From NCBI GenBank assembly GCA_964612785.1, contig CAZTEV010000004.1, forward strand, positions 1-44,308: a stretch of DNA of 44,308 bases. Direction: 5' to 3'. The translations under genes and the position numbers were made by a program. Under the pieces are notes generated by a model, which saw only the letters and a program-made list of their open reading frames with translations, searched no databases and was not told the origin of the DNA. Below are positions 29,586-38,444 of the stretch, one piece after another. Position 1 is the stretch's first letter; each line of letters opens with the position of its first letter. This DNA comes from an uncultured Roseivivax sp. Lineage in GTDB: Bacteria; Pseudomonadota; Alphaproteobacteria; Rhodobacterales; Rhodobacteraceae.

Positions 29586-29721
29586 GGAGGGGTTCCTTGA
29601 GCTATGCGGTGGGCTGTGCGGGACATGCTGCAGAGCAGAATGTAGCGCGAATTTCACCGCGACCAGAGACCATGCGCCCGCCCGCGCGATCCTGGTTGCC
29701 GCACCCTCGGATCCCGCCCGT

Positions 29722-30558
29722 TCAGTGGCTCATCAAAACCGGAATGCGCGCGCGCAGCGCGATGTCGTGGGTGACGCCCCCGATCAGGCCTTCGCGGATC
29801 GGGGAATGCTCGTAGGCGCCCATGACCAGAAGGCCCGCGCCCACGCTTTCGCAATGATCGACCAGCGTATCGGCGATGGATTGCCGCCCGCGCGGCAATT
29901 CGGTGATCGTGACCTTCACGTTATGCCGGTCGAGCACCATGCCCACGTCGATCCCCGGCAGGCTGTCGGCCAGCGGCGAGCGGCCGACCGAGACGATCTC
30001 GACCTCGGTCTCGGTTTCGAGGATCTGCATCGCATCGGCCAGCGCGCGGGCCGCCGCTCGGCCCCCGTCCCAGGCCACCACGGCACGGCCCCCGAAGACC
30101 GACCCCTTGTAGCCTGCCGGAAAGGTCATGACCGGGCGCCCGCTGTCATAGGCGACGCGGTCGGGGTGGATTTCCACATGCCGCATGGTGCCGTCGAGAC
30201 TTTCCTCGTGCATGCCCAGAATGGTGATGTCGAAGAGACGCGCATATCGCGCGACCGTGCGCTGGACCGATCCGCCGGAATCGATCCAGTGCAACATCTT
30301 GTCGGGCACCTCGGCGCAGACCTCGTAGAAGCGGCGTTCGATATCGGCGGTCGGGCCCTCGGCCACTTCGAGGATCGCCGCCTGCACCTTCGAGGGCATC
30401 CAGCTGTGCTGCATCTTGCGCGACAGGAACGGATTGCCATGGGCGAAAAGCCCGTTCAGATGCGCGTCGAAATATTGCTGCATCAGGACCGCGCCCGAAA
30501 GCGCGGCCTCCGATCCCGGCAGGCCGTTATAGGCCACGAGAATGTTCTTGATGCTCAT
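29722..30558 (-). CDS. universal stress protein (tandem USP)
   Basis: MSIKNILVAY, VVAWDGGRAAARALADA, LLVMGAYEHS..RE.LIGGVT, IPVLMSH. Confidence 0.88.
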   Translation of the reverse strand: MSIKNILVAYNGLPGSEAALSGAVLMQQYFDAHLNGLFAHGNPFLSRKMQHSWMPSKVQAAILEVAEGPTADIERRFYEVCAEVPDKMLHWIDSGGSVQRTVARYARLFDITILGMHEESLDGTMRHVEIHPDRVAYDSGRPVMTFPAGYKGSVFGGRAVVAWDGGRAAARALADAMQILETETEVEIVSVGRSPLADSLPGIDVGMVLDRHNVKVTITELPRGRQSIADTLVDHCESVGAGLLVMGAYEHSPIREGLIGGVTHDIALRARIPVLMSH

Positions 30559-30582
30559 GGCCTGTCCCCCTGCCCTTGCGCC

Positions 30583-31566
30583 TCACGCACCGTAGAGCCC
30601 TGCGCTTTTTGCGCGCAGCTTCACCAGTGCCAGAACCGTGTCGATGGTGGGCGTGGGCGTGTCGGTCACGCGGCCCAGCTCCTGCACCGAGCCCACAAGC
30701 GCGTCGATCTCCATCGGGCGGCCCTGGTCGAGATCCTGCAGCATGGACGTGCGATGCGCGCCCACTGCAGCGCCCCCGTCGATCCGGCGGTCCACGTCGA
30801 TGGGGAACTTGACGCCCAGCTTCTCGGCGATCTCCTGCGCCTCGACCATCATCGCGCGCGCCACGGGGCGCGTGCCCTCGTCGGTGCAGAGCACATCGAG
30901 CGTCGCATGGGTCAGCGCCGAGATCGGGTTGAAGGACAGGTTCCCCCAGAGCTTCACCCAGATCTCGTCCCTGAGCCTCGGCCGCACCGGCGCCTTGAGA
31001 CCCGCCGCGCCCAGCGCCTTCGACAGCGCCATGGCGCGTTCGGATTTCGAGCCGTCAGGCTCTCCGAGGCTGAAGCGGTTGCCCTCGATATGCTTGATGG
31101 TGCCGGGCTCGGAGACTTCCGCCGCCGGATAGACCACGCAGCCCAGAACCCGGTCCGGGCCGAAGCCGTCCCATTGCGCATTGCCCGGATCCACCGAGGC
31201 CAGCCGCGTGCCTTCCAGATCGCCACCGATCTTGTGGAAATACCACCACGGCACGCCGTTCACGCCGCTCACGATGGTGGTGTTCTCGCCGATGAGCGGC
31301 TGCATCTTCGGCACCACGGGCGGCACGGAATGCGCCTTCAGGGTGACGATGACGTAATCCTGCGGACCCAGATCCTCGGGGTTGTCGCTGGCGGTGACAG
31401 GCACCGTGACGGGATCGGCGCCTTCCTCGATCAGGGTGAGCCCCTTCTCCTTCATGGCCGCCAGATGCGGACCGCGGGCGACAAGGCTCACATCCGCGCC
31501 CGCCTGCGCCAGTTTCACGCCCATATAGCCGCCAATGGCGCCTGCACCGAATACACAGATCTTCAT
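30583..31566 (-). CDS. ketopantoate reductase-family oxidoreductase, probable oxalyl-CoA reductase (PanE2-like)
   Basis: GAGAIGG, NGVPWWYFH, IWVKLWGNLSFNPISALT, TSMLQD..GRPMEID. Starts 5 bp after the oxalate-CoA ligase-like gene. The family call is secure; the specific function is inferred from context. Confidence 0.8.
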   Translation of the reverse strand: MKICVFGAGAIGGYMGVKLAQAGADVSLVARGPHLAAMKEKGLTLIEEGADPVTVPVTASDNPEDLGPQDYVIVTLKAHSVPPVVPKMQPLIGENTTIVSGVNGVPWWYFHKIGGDLEGTRLASVDPGNAQWDGFGPDRVLGCVVYPAAEVSEPGTIKHIEGNRFSLGEPDGSKSERAMALSKALGAAGLKAPVRPRLRDEIWVKLWGNLSFNPISALTHATLDVLCTDEGTRPVARAMMVEAQEIAEKLGVKFPIDVDRRIDGGAAVGAHRTSMLQDLDQGRPMEIDALVGSVQELGRVTDTPTPTIDTVLALVKLRAKSAGLYGA

Positions 31567-31571
31567 GGGGA

Positions 31572-33098
31572 TTACGCCTTCTCGACCAGACCAAGCTTCT
31601 CGGCCAGACCGATACGCTGCATCTTGCCGGTGGCGCCTTTCGGGATCTCGTCCATGATGATCACTTTGCGCGGCACCTTGAAGTCGGCCATGCGTTCGGC
31701 CGCGAAGGCCCGGATGGTCTTTTCATCGGCGTCAGCCCCGTCCTTCAGCACAACCGCCGCCGCGACTTCTTCGCCGAGTTTCGGATGCGGCAGGGCGAAG
31801 GTGACGACCTGCGCGATGCCTGGATGATCGAGCAGCACGCCATCCACTTCGAGCGGGCTGATCTTTTCGCCGCCGCGGTTGATGATTTCCTTCAGACGGC
31901 CCGTCAGGTGCAGGTAGCCGTCTTCGTCGAAGGCCCCCTGATCGCCGGTGCGGAACCAGCGCGCGCCATCGGCCTCGAAGAAGTTCTTGGCGTTGGCCTC
32001 GGGATTGCCCTCATAGCCCGGGGTCACGTTCGGGCCGGAGATCACCACCTCGCCGGTGCCCTCCACGAGCCGATTCTCGATCTCATGGGCGATGCGCACC
32101 TTGGGACCGGCCTCGACGCCCACGGCACCGGGTTTCTGCGCGCGCGGCGGCAGCGGGTTGGAGGCCATCTGGTGCGCTGCCTCGGTCATGCCGTAACCCT
32201 CGATCACCGGGGCGCCGAAGGTTTCCTGCAGCTGCACCATGACCTGCGCGGGCAGCGACGCGGAAGACGAGCGCAGGAAGCGCAGGCGCGCGCCCTCGAT
32301 CACGTCGGCATTTCGGCCCGCCCGCGTCAGGATCGCCTGATGCATGGTCGGAACGGCGGTGTACCAGGTCGGATCGGCCTCTTTCATCCAGCCGAAGAAC
32401 TTCATCGCGTCGAAGCCCGGCGCGCACCAGACCGAGCCGCCCGCCGACAGCGTGGCGGCCACGGCGGCAATGAGCCCGTGAATGTGGAAAAGCGGCATGA
32501 CATTCATGCAGCGATCCGCATCGGTCAGGTCGAGCGAAGTGGCGATGTGCTGCGCGGAGGCCGCGATATTCGATTGCAGAAGCGGCACGATCTTGGGCCG
32601 AGAGGTCGTGCCCGAAGTGTGCAGGATCAGCGCGACGTCTTCCGCGTCAGGGGCGCGCCCGGCGCTGCCCGTCAGATCCGAGGACAGGGTGAAATAGCCC
32701 GAGGCCGCGCCTTCGGGCACCGAAAGCCGGATCACCCCCATGCCAAGCTTGTTCGCCGCCGCAAGCGCGGGGCCGTCATACCCGTCTTCGACCAGCAGCG
32801 CCTTGGCCTTCAGATCTTCGAGGTAGAAAGCGTATTCATCCTCGCGGTAGGCGGGGTTCAGGGGCGCGGTGGTGGCCACCTGCGCAACCGTGATGAAGGC
32901 CGCGGCCATTTCGGGGCCGTTCGGCAGCACGATGGCCACGCGGTCGGCCGCGTCGATTCCCATGCCGTTGAGCGTCGCGGCAACCTCGTCCGTGAGGGAC
33001 CGCAGGCCCTCATAGCTCAGCCAGTCCCGCCCGGGCGCACCGATGGCGGGCAGCTCACCGGAATGCGGGGCAATCAGCGCCTTCAGGGTCGTTTCCAT
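31572..33098 (-). CDS. acyl-CoA synthetase, probable oxalate-CoA ligase (AAE3/Pcs60/Oxs-like)
   Basis: APLNPAY, LHTSGTTSRPK.VPL, MPLFHIHGL, TWYTAVPTMHQ, LRFLRSSSASL, GYGMTEAAHQMASNPLP, INRGGEKISP.EVD, PKGATGK.QR. This motif set is characteristic of oxalate-CoA ligases. Confidence 0.82.
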   Translation of the reverse strand: METTLKALIAPHSGELPAIGAPGRDWLSYEGLRSLTDEVAATLNGMGIDAADRVAIVLPNGPEMAAAFITVAQVATTAPLNPAYREDEYAFYLEDLKAKALLVEDGYDGPALAAANKLGMGVIRLSVPEGAASGYFTLSSDLTGSAGRAPDAEDVALILHTSGTTSRPKIVPLLQSNIAASAQHIATSLDLTDADRCMNVMPLFHIHGLIAAVAATLSAGGSVWCAPGFDAMKFFGWMKEADPTWYTAVPTMHQAILTRAGRNADVIEGARLRFLRSSSASLPAQVMVQLQETFGAPVIEGYGMTEAAHQMASNPLPPRAQKPGAVGVEAGPKVRIAHEIENRLVEGTGEVVISGPNVTPGYEGNPEANAKNFFEADGARWFRTGDQGAFDEDGYLHLTGRLKEIINRGGEKISPLEVDGVLLDHPGIAQVVTFALPHPKLGEEVAAAVVLKDGADADEKTIRAFAAERMADFKVPRKVIIMDEIPKGATGKMQRIGLAEKLGLVEKA

Positions 33099-33133
33099 GG
33101 GATAAGTCCTCGTTTCCTTGAGATTTCAGTTTG

Positions 33134-34651
33134 TTATTCGGCAGGCGACAGATCGCGGCGCAACCAGCGCTTGACGTGCTTCAGAAGCGGCAGCACGAAG
33201 AAGAGGACGCTGATGGCGATGAAGGTGCCCGAAATCGGCCGCTCCACAAAGGCCAAAACGTTGCCCTGCTCCGAGATGAGCGTCTGACGGAAGCTTTTCT
33301 CCATCAGGGGGCCCAGCACCAGCGCCAGCACCAGGGGCGCCATCGGGTAATCGGCCTTGCGCAGCAGGTAGCCCCCGACGCCGAAGCCCACGATCAGCCA
33401 GACATCGTGCAGCTTCTGGCTGGGCGCATAGCCGCCCACGAGGCACAGGATGAACACGAGCGCGCAGAGTACGGTGAACGGCATCCGCAGCGCCCAGACA
33501 AACAGCGGAATGAGCGCGAGATTGACCAGTACGGCGGCCAGGTTCGCGGTATAGAGCGAGGAGATCAGCCCCCAGACGAAATCGGGCTGCTCGATGAACA
33601 GCATCGGCCCCGGCACAAGACCCCACATGACCATGCCGCCCAGAAGCAGCGCCGTGGTGGGCGAGCCCGGGATGCCCAGCGTCAGCATCGGCAGAAGCGA
33701 TCCGGTGGAGGCCGCGTTGTTTGCGGTCTCGGGGGCGGCCACGCCCTCGATGGCGCCCTTGCCGAATTTCTCGGGCGTCTTGGAGGTCAGCTTGGCGATC
33801 CCGTAAGACATCAGCGCGGCGGGCGTCGCGCCTGCGGCGGGCAGCATGCCCACGAAGAAGCCCAGGAAAGAGCCGAGGCTCATGGTTTTCCAGAGCTTGT
33901 TGATCTCCTTGATGCCGTACCACAATTCGCGGAACGTCAGTTTCGCGGGCGTGACCTGCGGCGCGGTCTTCTGGGTCTCGATCGTATAGAGGATCTCGCC
34001 GATCCCGTAGACGCCGATGGCCAGCACCAGGAAGGAAATACCGGAATAGAAGCCGGGCTCGTCGAAGAAGATGAGCCGCGGCTGGCCCGAGATCAGGTCG
34101 AGACCGACCGTCGACAGCGCGAGGCCGAGGCAGATCATGATGATCGTTTTCAACACGTCATCGCCCCCCAGCCCCACGAAGGTCGTGAAGGCCAGAAGCA
34201 CCAGCGCGAATTCCTCCGCCGGGCCGAAGGCCAGCGCGATATCGGCAAGTGGGGCCGCGAAGATGGTGAACAGGATCACGGAAATCGTGCCACCGACGAA
34301 GGACGCGCAGGCCGCCGCAATGAGGGCGAGCCCCGCCTTGCCCTGCTGCGCCATGGGCCGCCCGTCGAATGTGGTGGCGACCGCCGTCGAGGCCCCGGGA
34401 ATGCCCAGCAGGACCGACGAAATGGCCCCACCATACATCGCCCCGTAATAGATCGCGGCCAGCAGAATGATCGCCGAGGCGGGCGGCACGATGAAGGTGA
34501 TGGGCAGCACGATGGCCACCCCGTTCACCGAGCCGAGGCCCGGCATCGCCCCGATGAACAGTCCTGCGGTCACGCCAATGAGGACAATGAACAGATTGAG
34601 CGGCGACAGCGACGTGCCGAAGCCGTCAGCGAGATATCCCAGCAATTCCAT
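33134..34651 (-). CDS. tctA: tripartite tricarboxylate transporter large permease
   Basis: GAMPGLG, YYGAMYGG, IPG....ATTFDG.PMAQQG, GVAAPETANNA, LTLGIPGS. Confidence 0.92.
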   Translation of the reverse strand: MELLGYLADGFGTSLSPLNLFIVLIGVTAGLFIGAMPGLGSVNGVAIVLPITFIVPPASAIILLAAIYYGAMYGGAISSVLLGIPGASTAVATTFDGRPMAQQGKAGLALIAAACASFVGGTISVILFTIFAAPLADIALAFGPAEEFALVLLAFTTFVGLGGDDVLKTIIMICLGLALSTVGLDLISGQPRLIFFDEPGFYSGISFLVLAIGVYGIGEILYTIETQKTAPQVTPAKLTFRELWYGIKEINKLWKTMSLGSFLGFFVGMLPAAGATPAALMSYGIAKLTSKTPEKFGKGAIEGVAAPETANNAASTGSLLPMLTLGIPGSPTTALLLGGMVMWGLVPGPMLFIEQPDFVWGLISSLYTANLAAVLVNLALIPLFVWALRMPFTVLCALVFILCLVGGYAPSQKLHDVWLIVGFGVGGYLLRKADYPMAPLVLALVLGPLMEKSFRQTLISEQGNVLAFVERPISGTFIAISVLFFVLPLLKHVKRWLRRDLSPAE

Positions 34652-34663
34652 TGGATGCGTCCC

Positions 34664-35155
34664 TCAGAAGAAGCGCGCGTAAAGCGGGATGAAATACGGC
34701 TCAGTGAAGCCCTTGGGCAGCAGGATCTTCAGCGTCACCTCGAAGAAGAAGAACAGAAAGACCGGCGTGCCGATGGTCAGGATCGCGGTCAGCACCCAGC
34801 CATGTCCGCCGAAGATCTTGAGATACCAAAGCAAGAACAAGGGCAGCGCGATATAGGCGCCCGTCCAGGGCATCAGCGCGACCGTCACCACAAGCGCGAT
34901 GGTCACGATCACCACCGAGCGCAGCGTGTCGCTGTCGAAGAACGGGTCGTTGTCCGAGGGCTTGTCGCGCAGCGACCGGAAGATGATCCCGCCCGCACAG
35001 ACGAACATGATGGCCGACAGCCAGAACGGGAAGGCCCCGCCGCCCGGTCCGCCCGTCTCACCGTTCCAGCCGATGGGCAGGACGGTGGCGTGCCACATGA
35101 AATACACGGAAAGCGCCATGATGGCGCCGGCGATCACTCGATCCGCGGTCAGCAT
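34664..35155 (-). CDS. tctB: tripartite tricarboxylate transporter small permease
   Basis: About 4-5 TM segments, GPGGGAFPFWL, FEVTLKILLPKG. Lies between tctC and tctA. Confidence 0.85.
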   Translation of the reverse strand: MLTADRVIAGAIMALSVYFMWHATVLPIGWNGETGGPGGGAFPFWLSAIMFVCAGGIIFRSLRDKPSDNDPFFDSDTLRSVVIVTIALVVTVALMPWTGAYIALPLFLLWYLKIFGGHGWVLTAILTIGTPVFLFFFFEVTLKILLPKGFTEPYFIPLYARFF

Positions 35156-35174
35156 GAAAAGTCTCTCATTCCGG

Positions 35175-35212
35175 AAAAAGGGGGCGCGCACCTCCTCCTG
35201 CGCGCGCGCCCC
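35175..35212 (-). terminator. stem-loop with U-tract after tctC
   Basis: Minus strand GGGGCGCGC...GCGCGCCCC followed by CTTTTT. A hairpin after a binding-protein gene is a common way to bias expression. Confidence 0.55.
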
Positions 35213-35239
35213 GGGGTCAGACGATGCAGGACGGCTGGA

Positions 35240-36214
35240 TCAGCCCTCGGCCATCGAGCCCAGCAATTCGTCGTGCTTGGCCCGCTCCTCGAGGAAGTAG
35301 TCCTGCAGCTCCTGACCGGTCAGGAAATCAGCCATCAGGGCCTTTTCCTTGGTGTAGGTCTGCCATTCCTCGGTCGCGTTCAGCTTCTCGAACATCTCGG
35401 TATAATAAGCGACCGCTTCCGGATCCATGCCCGCGGGCGCCACGAAAGAGCGCTGCATCCAGTAGACCAGCTCATGGCCGAGCTCGGTCATGGTGGGGGT
35501 GTCCGGGAAGACCTCGATCCGGTCGGGGGTAAAGGCCGCGATGGGGCGCAGCTTGCCCGCCTGGAAGAAGCCCAGCGCCTCGGAGGGGTTGTTCACGGAG
35601 CTGTCGATGTGACCGCCCACGAGGTTCTTGGCAACGTCCCCGCCCCCTTTGAACGGAACGTAGGTGATATCGAGGCCAAACTCGTTCTGCAGCATCGCGG
35701 TCACGAGGCTGTCTTCCTGACCGGTGCCGGTACCGCCCATCTTCCACGACCCGCCCGAGGCCTTCACCGCGGTCACGTAATCATCCAGCGTCTCGATGTC
35801 GCTGTCGGCGTTCACCCACAGAACGAAGGTGTCGAGCGCCATGCGCGCGATCGGGGTGAATTCCTCGATGTTGACGCCGATATCGGTGCGCAGCGGCGTG
35901 GTGTAATAGGAGTTGAGCGTCGCCATGATGACGTGGTTGTCGCCTGCCTTGTCCTTCAGGTAGCGCAGCGCTTCCGCGCCCGAGCCGCCGCCCTTGTTCA
36001 CCGGCAGGATCGGCATCTTCGACAGGCCTTCCTTCTGGATGATCGACTGGAACAGCCGCGCGAGACGATCCGCGCCGCCGCCCTGGCCTGCCATGATGAC
36101 CATTTCGACGGGCTTCTGCGGCGCGAATTCCTGCGCCGCGACCGGGGCCGCCATCATCAGACCTGCCGAAGCGGCCATCGCCATCGCGATCCGCCGTGTG
36201 AACGTGGTTTTCAT
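35240..36214 (-). CDS. tctC: tripartite tricarboxylate transporter substrate-binding protein (Bug family)
   Basis: Signal peptide containing TRR, PQKPVEMVI..GQGGGADRLAR, NKGGGSG, YVPFKGGG, PDTPTMTELG. RBS GGGAGA. Confidence 0.9.
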   Translation of the reverse strand: MKTTFTRRIAMAMAASAGLMMAAPVAAQEFAPQKPVEMVIMAGQGGGADRLARLFQSIIQKEGLSKMPILPVNKGGGSGAEALRYLKDKAGDNHVIMATLNSYYTTPLRTDIGVNIEEFTPIARMALDTFVLWVNADSDIETLDDYVTAVKASGGSWKMGGTGTGQEDSLVTAMLQNEFGLDITYVPFKGGGDVAKNLVGGHIDSSVNNPSEALGFFQAGKLRPIAAFTPDRIEVFPDTPTMTELGHELVYWMQRSFVAPAGMDPEAVAYYTEMFEKLNATEEWQTYTKEKALMADFLTGQELQDYFLEERAKHDELLGSMAEG

Positions 36215-36378
36215 CCTGAAATCTCCCTTTGAATGACCGGTAATCCGCTGCCGAACCGCGTCTCCTTCGCGGTGGGCTGGTACGGATCTAAATATCGTCG
36301 CGAAATATTATTCCAATTTTTTCGTGTGCATGTGTTAATTATTGCCAACACAAATTCCAGATGTGTAAACTTGTAAAT

Positions 36379-37785
36379 ATGAGCAAGACCCTGATCGGTC
36401 CGCAATTGCGGGCGCTACGCACCCAGAACAACCACACACAGGCCGAAATGGCCCGAAAACTGGGGGTCAGCCCGGCCTATGTGAACCTGCTTGAGAACAA
36501 CCAGCGCAGCGTTTCCGTTAAAGTGTTAATGGCGCTGAGCGAAGCCTACGGGGTCGATGCCCGCGCCCTCGTGCAGGATACGAGCGCCAGTCAGCTGGCC
36601 GAATTGCGCGCCAGCGTGCGCGATCCGATCTTCGCCGGATCCGCCCCCGACCTGACGGAACTGCGCGCCGCAATCGACCACGCGCCGGGGCTGGTGCGGC
36701 TGTTCGTGCAGCTGCACGAGAATCATCACGCGCTTCTGGACCGGATGCGGCAGCTCAGCGCCGGGGATACCGCAAGCGAGATGCAGGCGGTCCGCCCCGA
36801 GACGGCGATCCACAACTTCTTCCGCAAACGGATGAACCACTTTCCCGGGCTGGAGGCCGCGGCAGAGGCCGCGCGCGCGGCCATCGGTGGCAGCGCGGAC
36901 GAGCTCTATGGCAATCTCAAACGGCATCTGCGCAACGCCTACGGGCTGCGCGTCGAGGTTCTCGACATGGAGCAGATGGCAGGCGCCCTGCGCTTCTTCG
37001 ACACCGAAGCCGGTGTGGTGCACCTGTCCGAGACGCTCGACCATATCAACCGCAAGTTCCAGCTCGCGCATGTGCTGGCGATGGTCAGCTGCGACTCGCT
37101 TCTGGCCGAATTGGTGGCCGATGCGGACATCCCGAGCGGGCCAGGCCGCGCCCGCTGCCATGTGGAGCTTGCCAATTACGTCGCCGCCGCGATCCTGATG
37201 CCCTATGAGCCGTTCCTCGCCTTCGCGGAGGAAACCGCCTACGACATCGACCGCATCGCCACGCGCTTCGGCGTCTCCTTCGAGCAGGTGGCCCAGCGGC
37301 TGACCACCCTGCACCGTCCGGGCGCCAAGGGCGTGCCCTTCTTCTTTCTGCGCATCGATGCGGCAGGCAACGTCACCAAAAGGTTCAACGCCACCCCGTT
37401 CACCCTGGCCGAGCAAGGCGGCTCCTGCCCGGTCTGGACGATCCACCGCGCCTTCGCCACGCCCGGTGAGATCGTGCCCCAATTCGTCGAGATGCCCGAT
37501 GCCGGTCAGTTCTTCACGATCAGCCGCTCGACCTCCCGCCCGGTGGTCAGCCATGATGAGCCCGCGCGCTCGCTGGTGGTGACATTGGGCTGCGAACGCG
37601 CGCATGCCGATCGCATCGGCTATGCCGCGCCCTTCGACCCGACGGCCGAACGGATGGTCGCGAAGATCGGCATCAACTGCCATATCTGCCCCCGCCGGGA
37701 GTGCGGTCAGCGCGCCTACGAGCCGCTGCATGTCAGCCTGCCCGTGGACACGCATCGCCGCGGCTCCACCCGATACCAGAGCTGA
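36379..37785 (+). CDS. short-chain fatty acyl-CoA regulator (ScfR; PrpR/RamB/PccR-type XRE)
   Basis: XRE HTH (TQAEMARKLGVSPAYVNLLENNQR), FQLAH, LANYVAAAILMPY, FGVSFEQVAQRLTTL.RPG.KGVPFFFLRID.AGN.TKR, and C-terminal IGINCHICPRREC.QRA Cys cluster. No RBS, possibly leaderless. Confidence 0.9.
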   Translation: MSKTLIGPQLRALRTQNNHTQAEMARKLGVSPAYVNLLENNQRSVSVKVLMALSEAYGVDARALVQDTSASQLAELRASVRDPIFAGSAPDLTELRAAIDHAPGLVRLFVQLHENHHALLDRMRQLSAGDTASEMQAVRPETAIHNFFRKRMNHFPGLEAAAEAARAAIGGSADELYGNLKRHLRNAYGLRVEVLDMEQMAGALRFFDTEAGVVHLSETLDHINRKFQLAHVLAMVSCDSLLAELVADADIPSGPGRARCHVELANYVAAAILMPYEPFLAFAEETAYDIDRIATRFGVSFEQVAQRLTTLHRPGAKGVPFFFLRIDAAGNVTKRFNATPFTLAEQGGSCPVWTIHRAFATPGEIVPQFVEMPDAGQFFTISRSTSRPVVSHDEPARSLVVTLGCERAHADRIGYAAPFDPTAERMVAKIGINCHICPRRECGQRAYEPLHVSLPVDTHRRGSTRYQS

Positions 37786-38040
37786 CGGGGCCCACTCGCA
37801 GGCATTGATGACCGACCAGGTGCAATTCCGCCCGGCCGGGTCGCATTTCGGCCGGATCGGAAACGCCCTCTATACGATTGCGCCAATTCCGCCCCATTTC
37901 GAAAAGCCTTCATGCCCTTCGCACCCCTTCGCGCCGCAATTCTGCTTGGATATTGTCAATTTCAGGAAAGGCGTTTTGGCGTCCAGACGAAAACCTGACA
38001 ATTCGATCTCCGCAAGGATGATCCAGCGAAAGGCAAAGAT

Positions 38041-38322
38041 ATGACCCATCTCTCGCATGACGCATTCATCCTGCCGAGCCGCCCGGGATATTACGCCTTC
38101 ACGGCGAAGAACGTGTTTGACGACATCGACAGCGTCTCCGAGCATCTTGGCCGGACACTTCCCGATCTGGAGAGCGATCTGGAATTGGAGAAGCTGGCGA
38201 AGTCGGAAAAGCCGAGCGCGGCCAGATCACAGGGCAGCACGCTGACCAGTATCGTCTTTCTGATTTTCGGAAGCCTGGCGCTGCAATCTCTTCTGGGCCG
38301 TGCCATTCACTTGATCATGTAA
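38041..38322 (+). CDS. hypothetical small protein with a C-terminal hydrophobic helix
   Basis: 93 aa ORF, AAAGG upstream, terminator immediately downstream, TM-like SIVFLIFGSLALQSLL. No family recognised. Confidence 0.5.
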   Translation: MTHLSHDAFILPSRPGYYAFTAKNVFDDIDSVSEHLGRTLPDLESDLELEKLAKSEKPSAARSQGSTLTSIVFLIFGSLALQSLLGRAIHLIM

Positions 38323-38340
38323 GAAATCAAAACGGATTGA

Positions 38341-38372
38341 AAAAAGGGCGCCATATGGCGCCCTTTTTCTTT
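38341..38372. terminator. bidirectional rho-independent terminator
   Basis: AAAAAGGGCGCCATATGGCGCCCTTTTT, a perfect palindrome with A/T tails between convergent genes. Confidence 0.85.
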
Positions 38373-38444
38373 TGTCCTGACCGCACTGCAAAAGAAAACG
38401 GGTGACTGACGCCACCCGTTTGCCGAAGCGCGCCGCCGCGCATC

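Noticed and set aside
25449-29600. 1383-aa plus-strand ORF (likewise 14217-17099, 29584-31827, 33131-36232 and the minus-strand 41565-44132)
   Set aside because: Antisense shadows of well-supported genes. High-GC codon bias removes stops on the opposite strand, and the translations are Arg/His/Gly-rich with no motifs.
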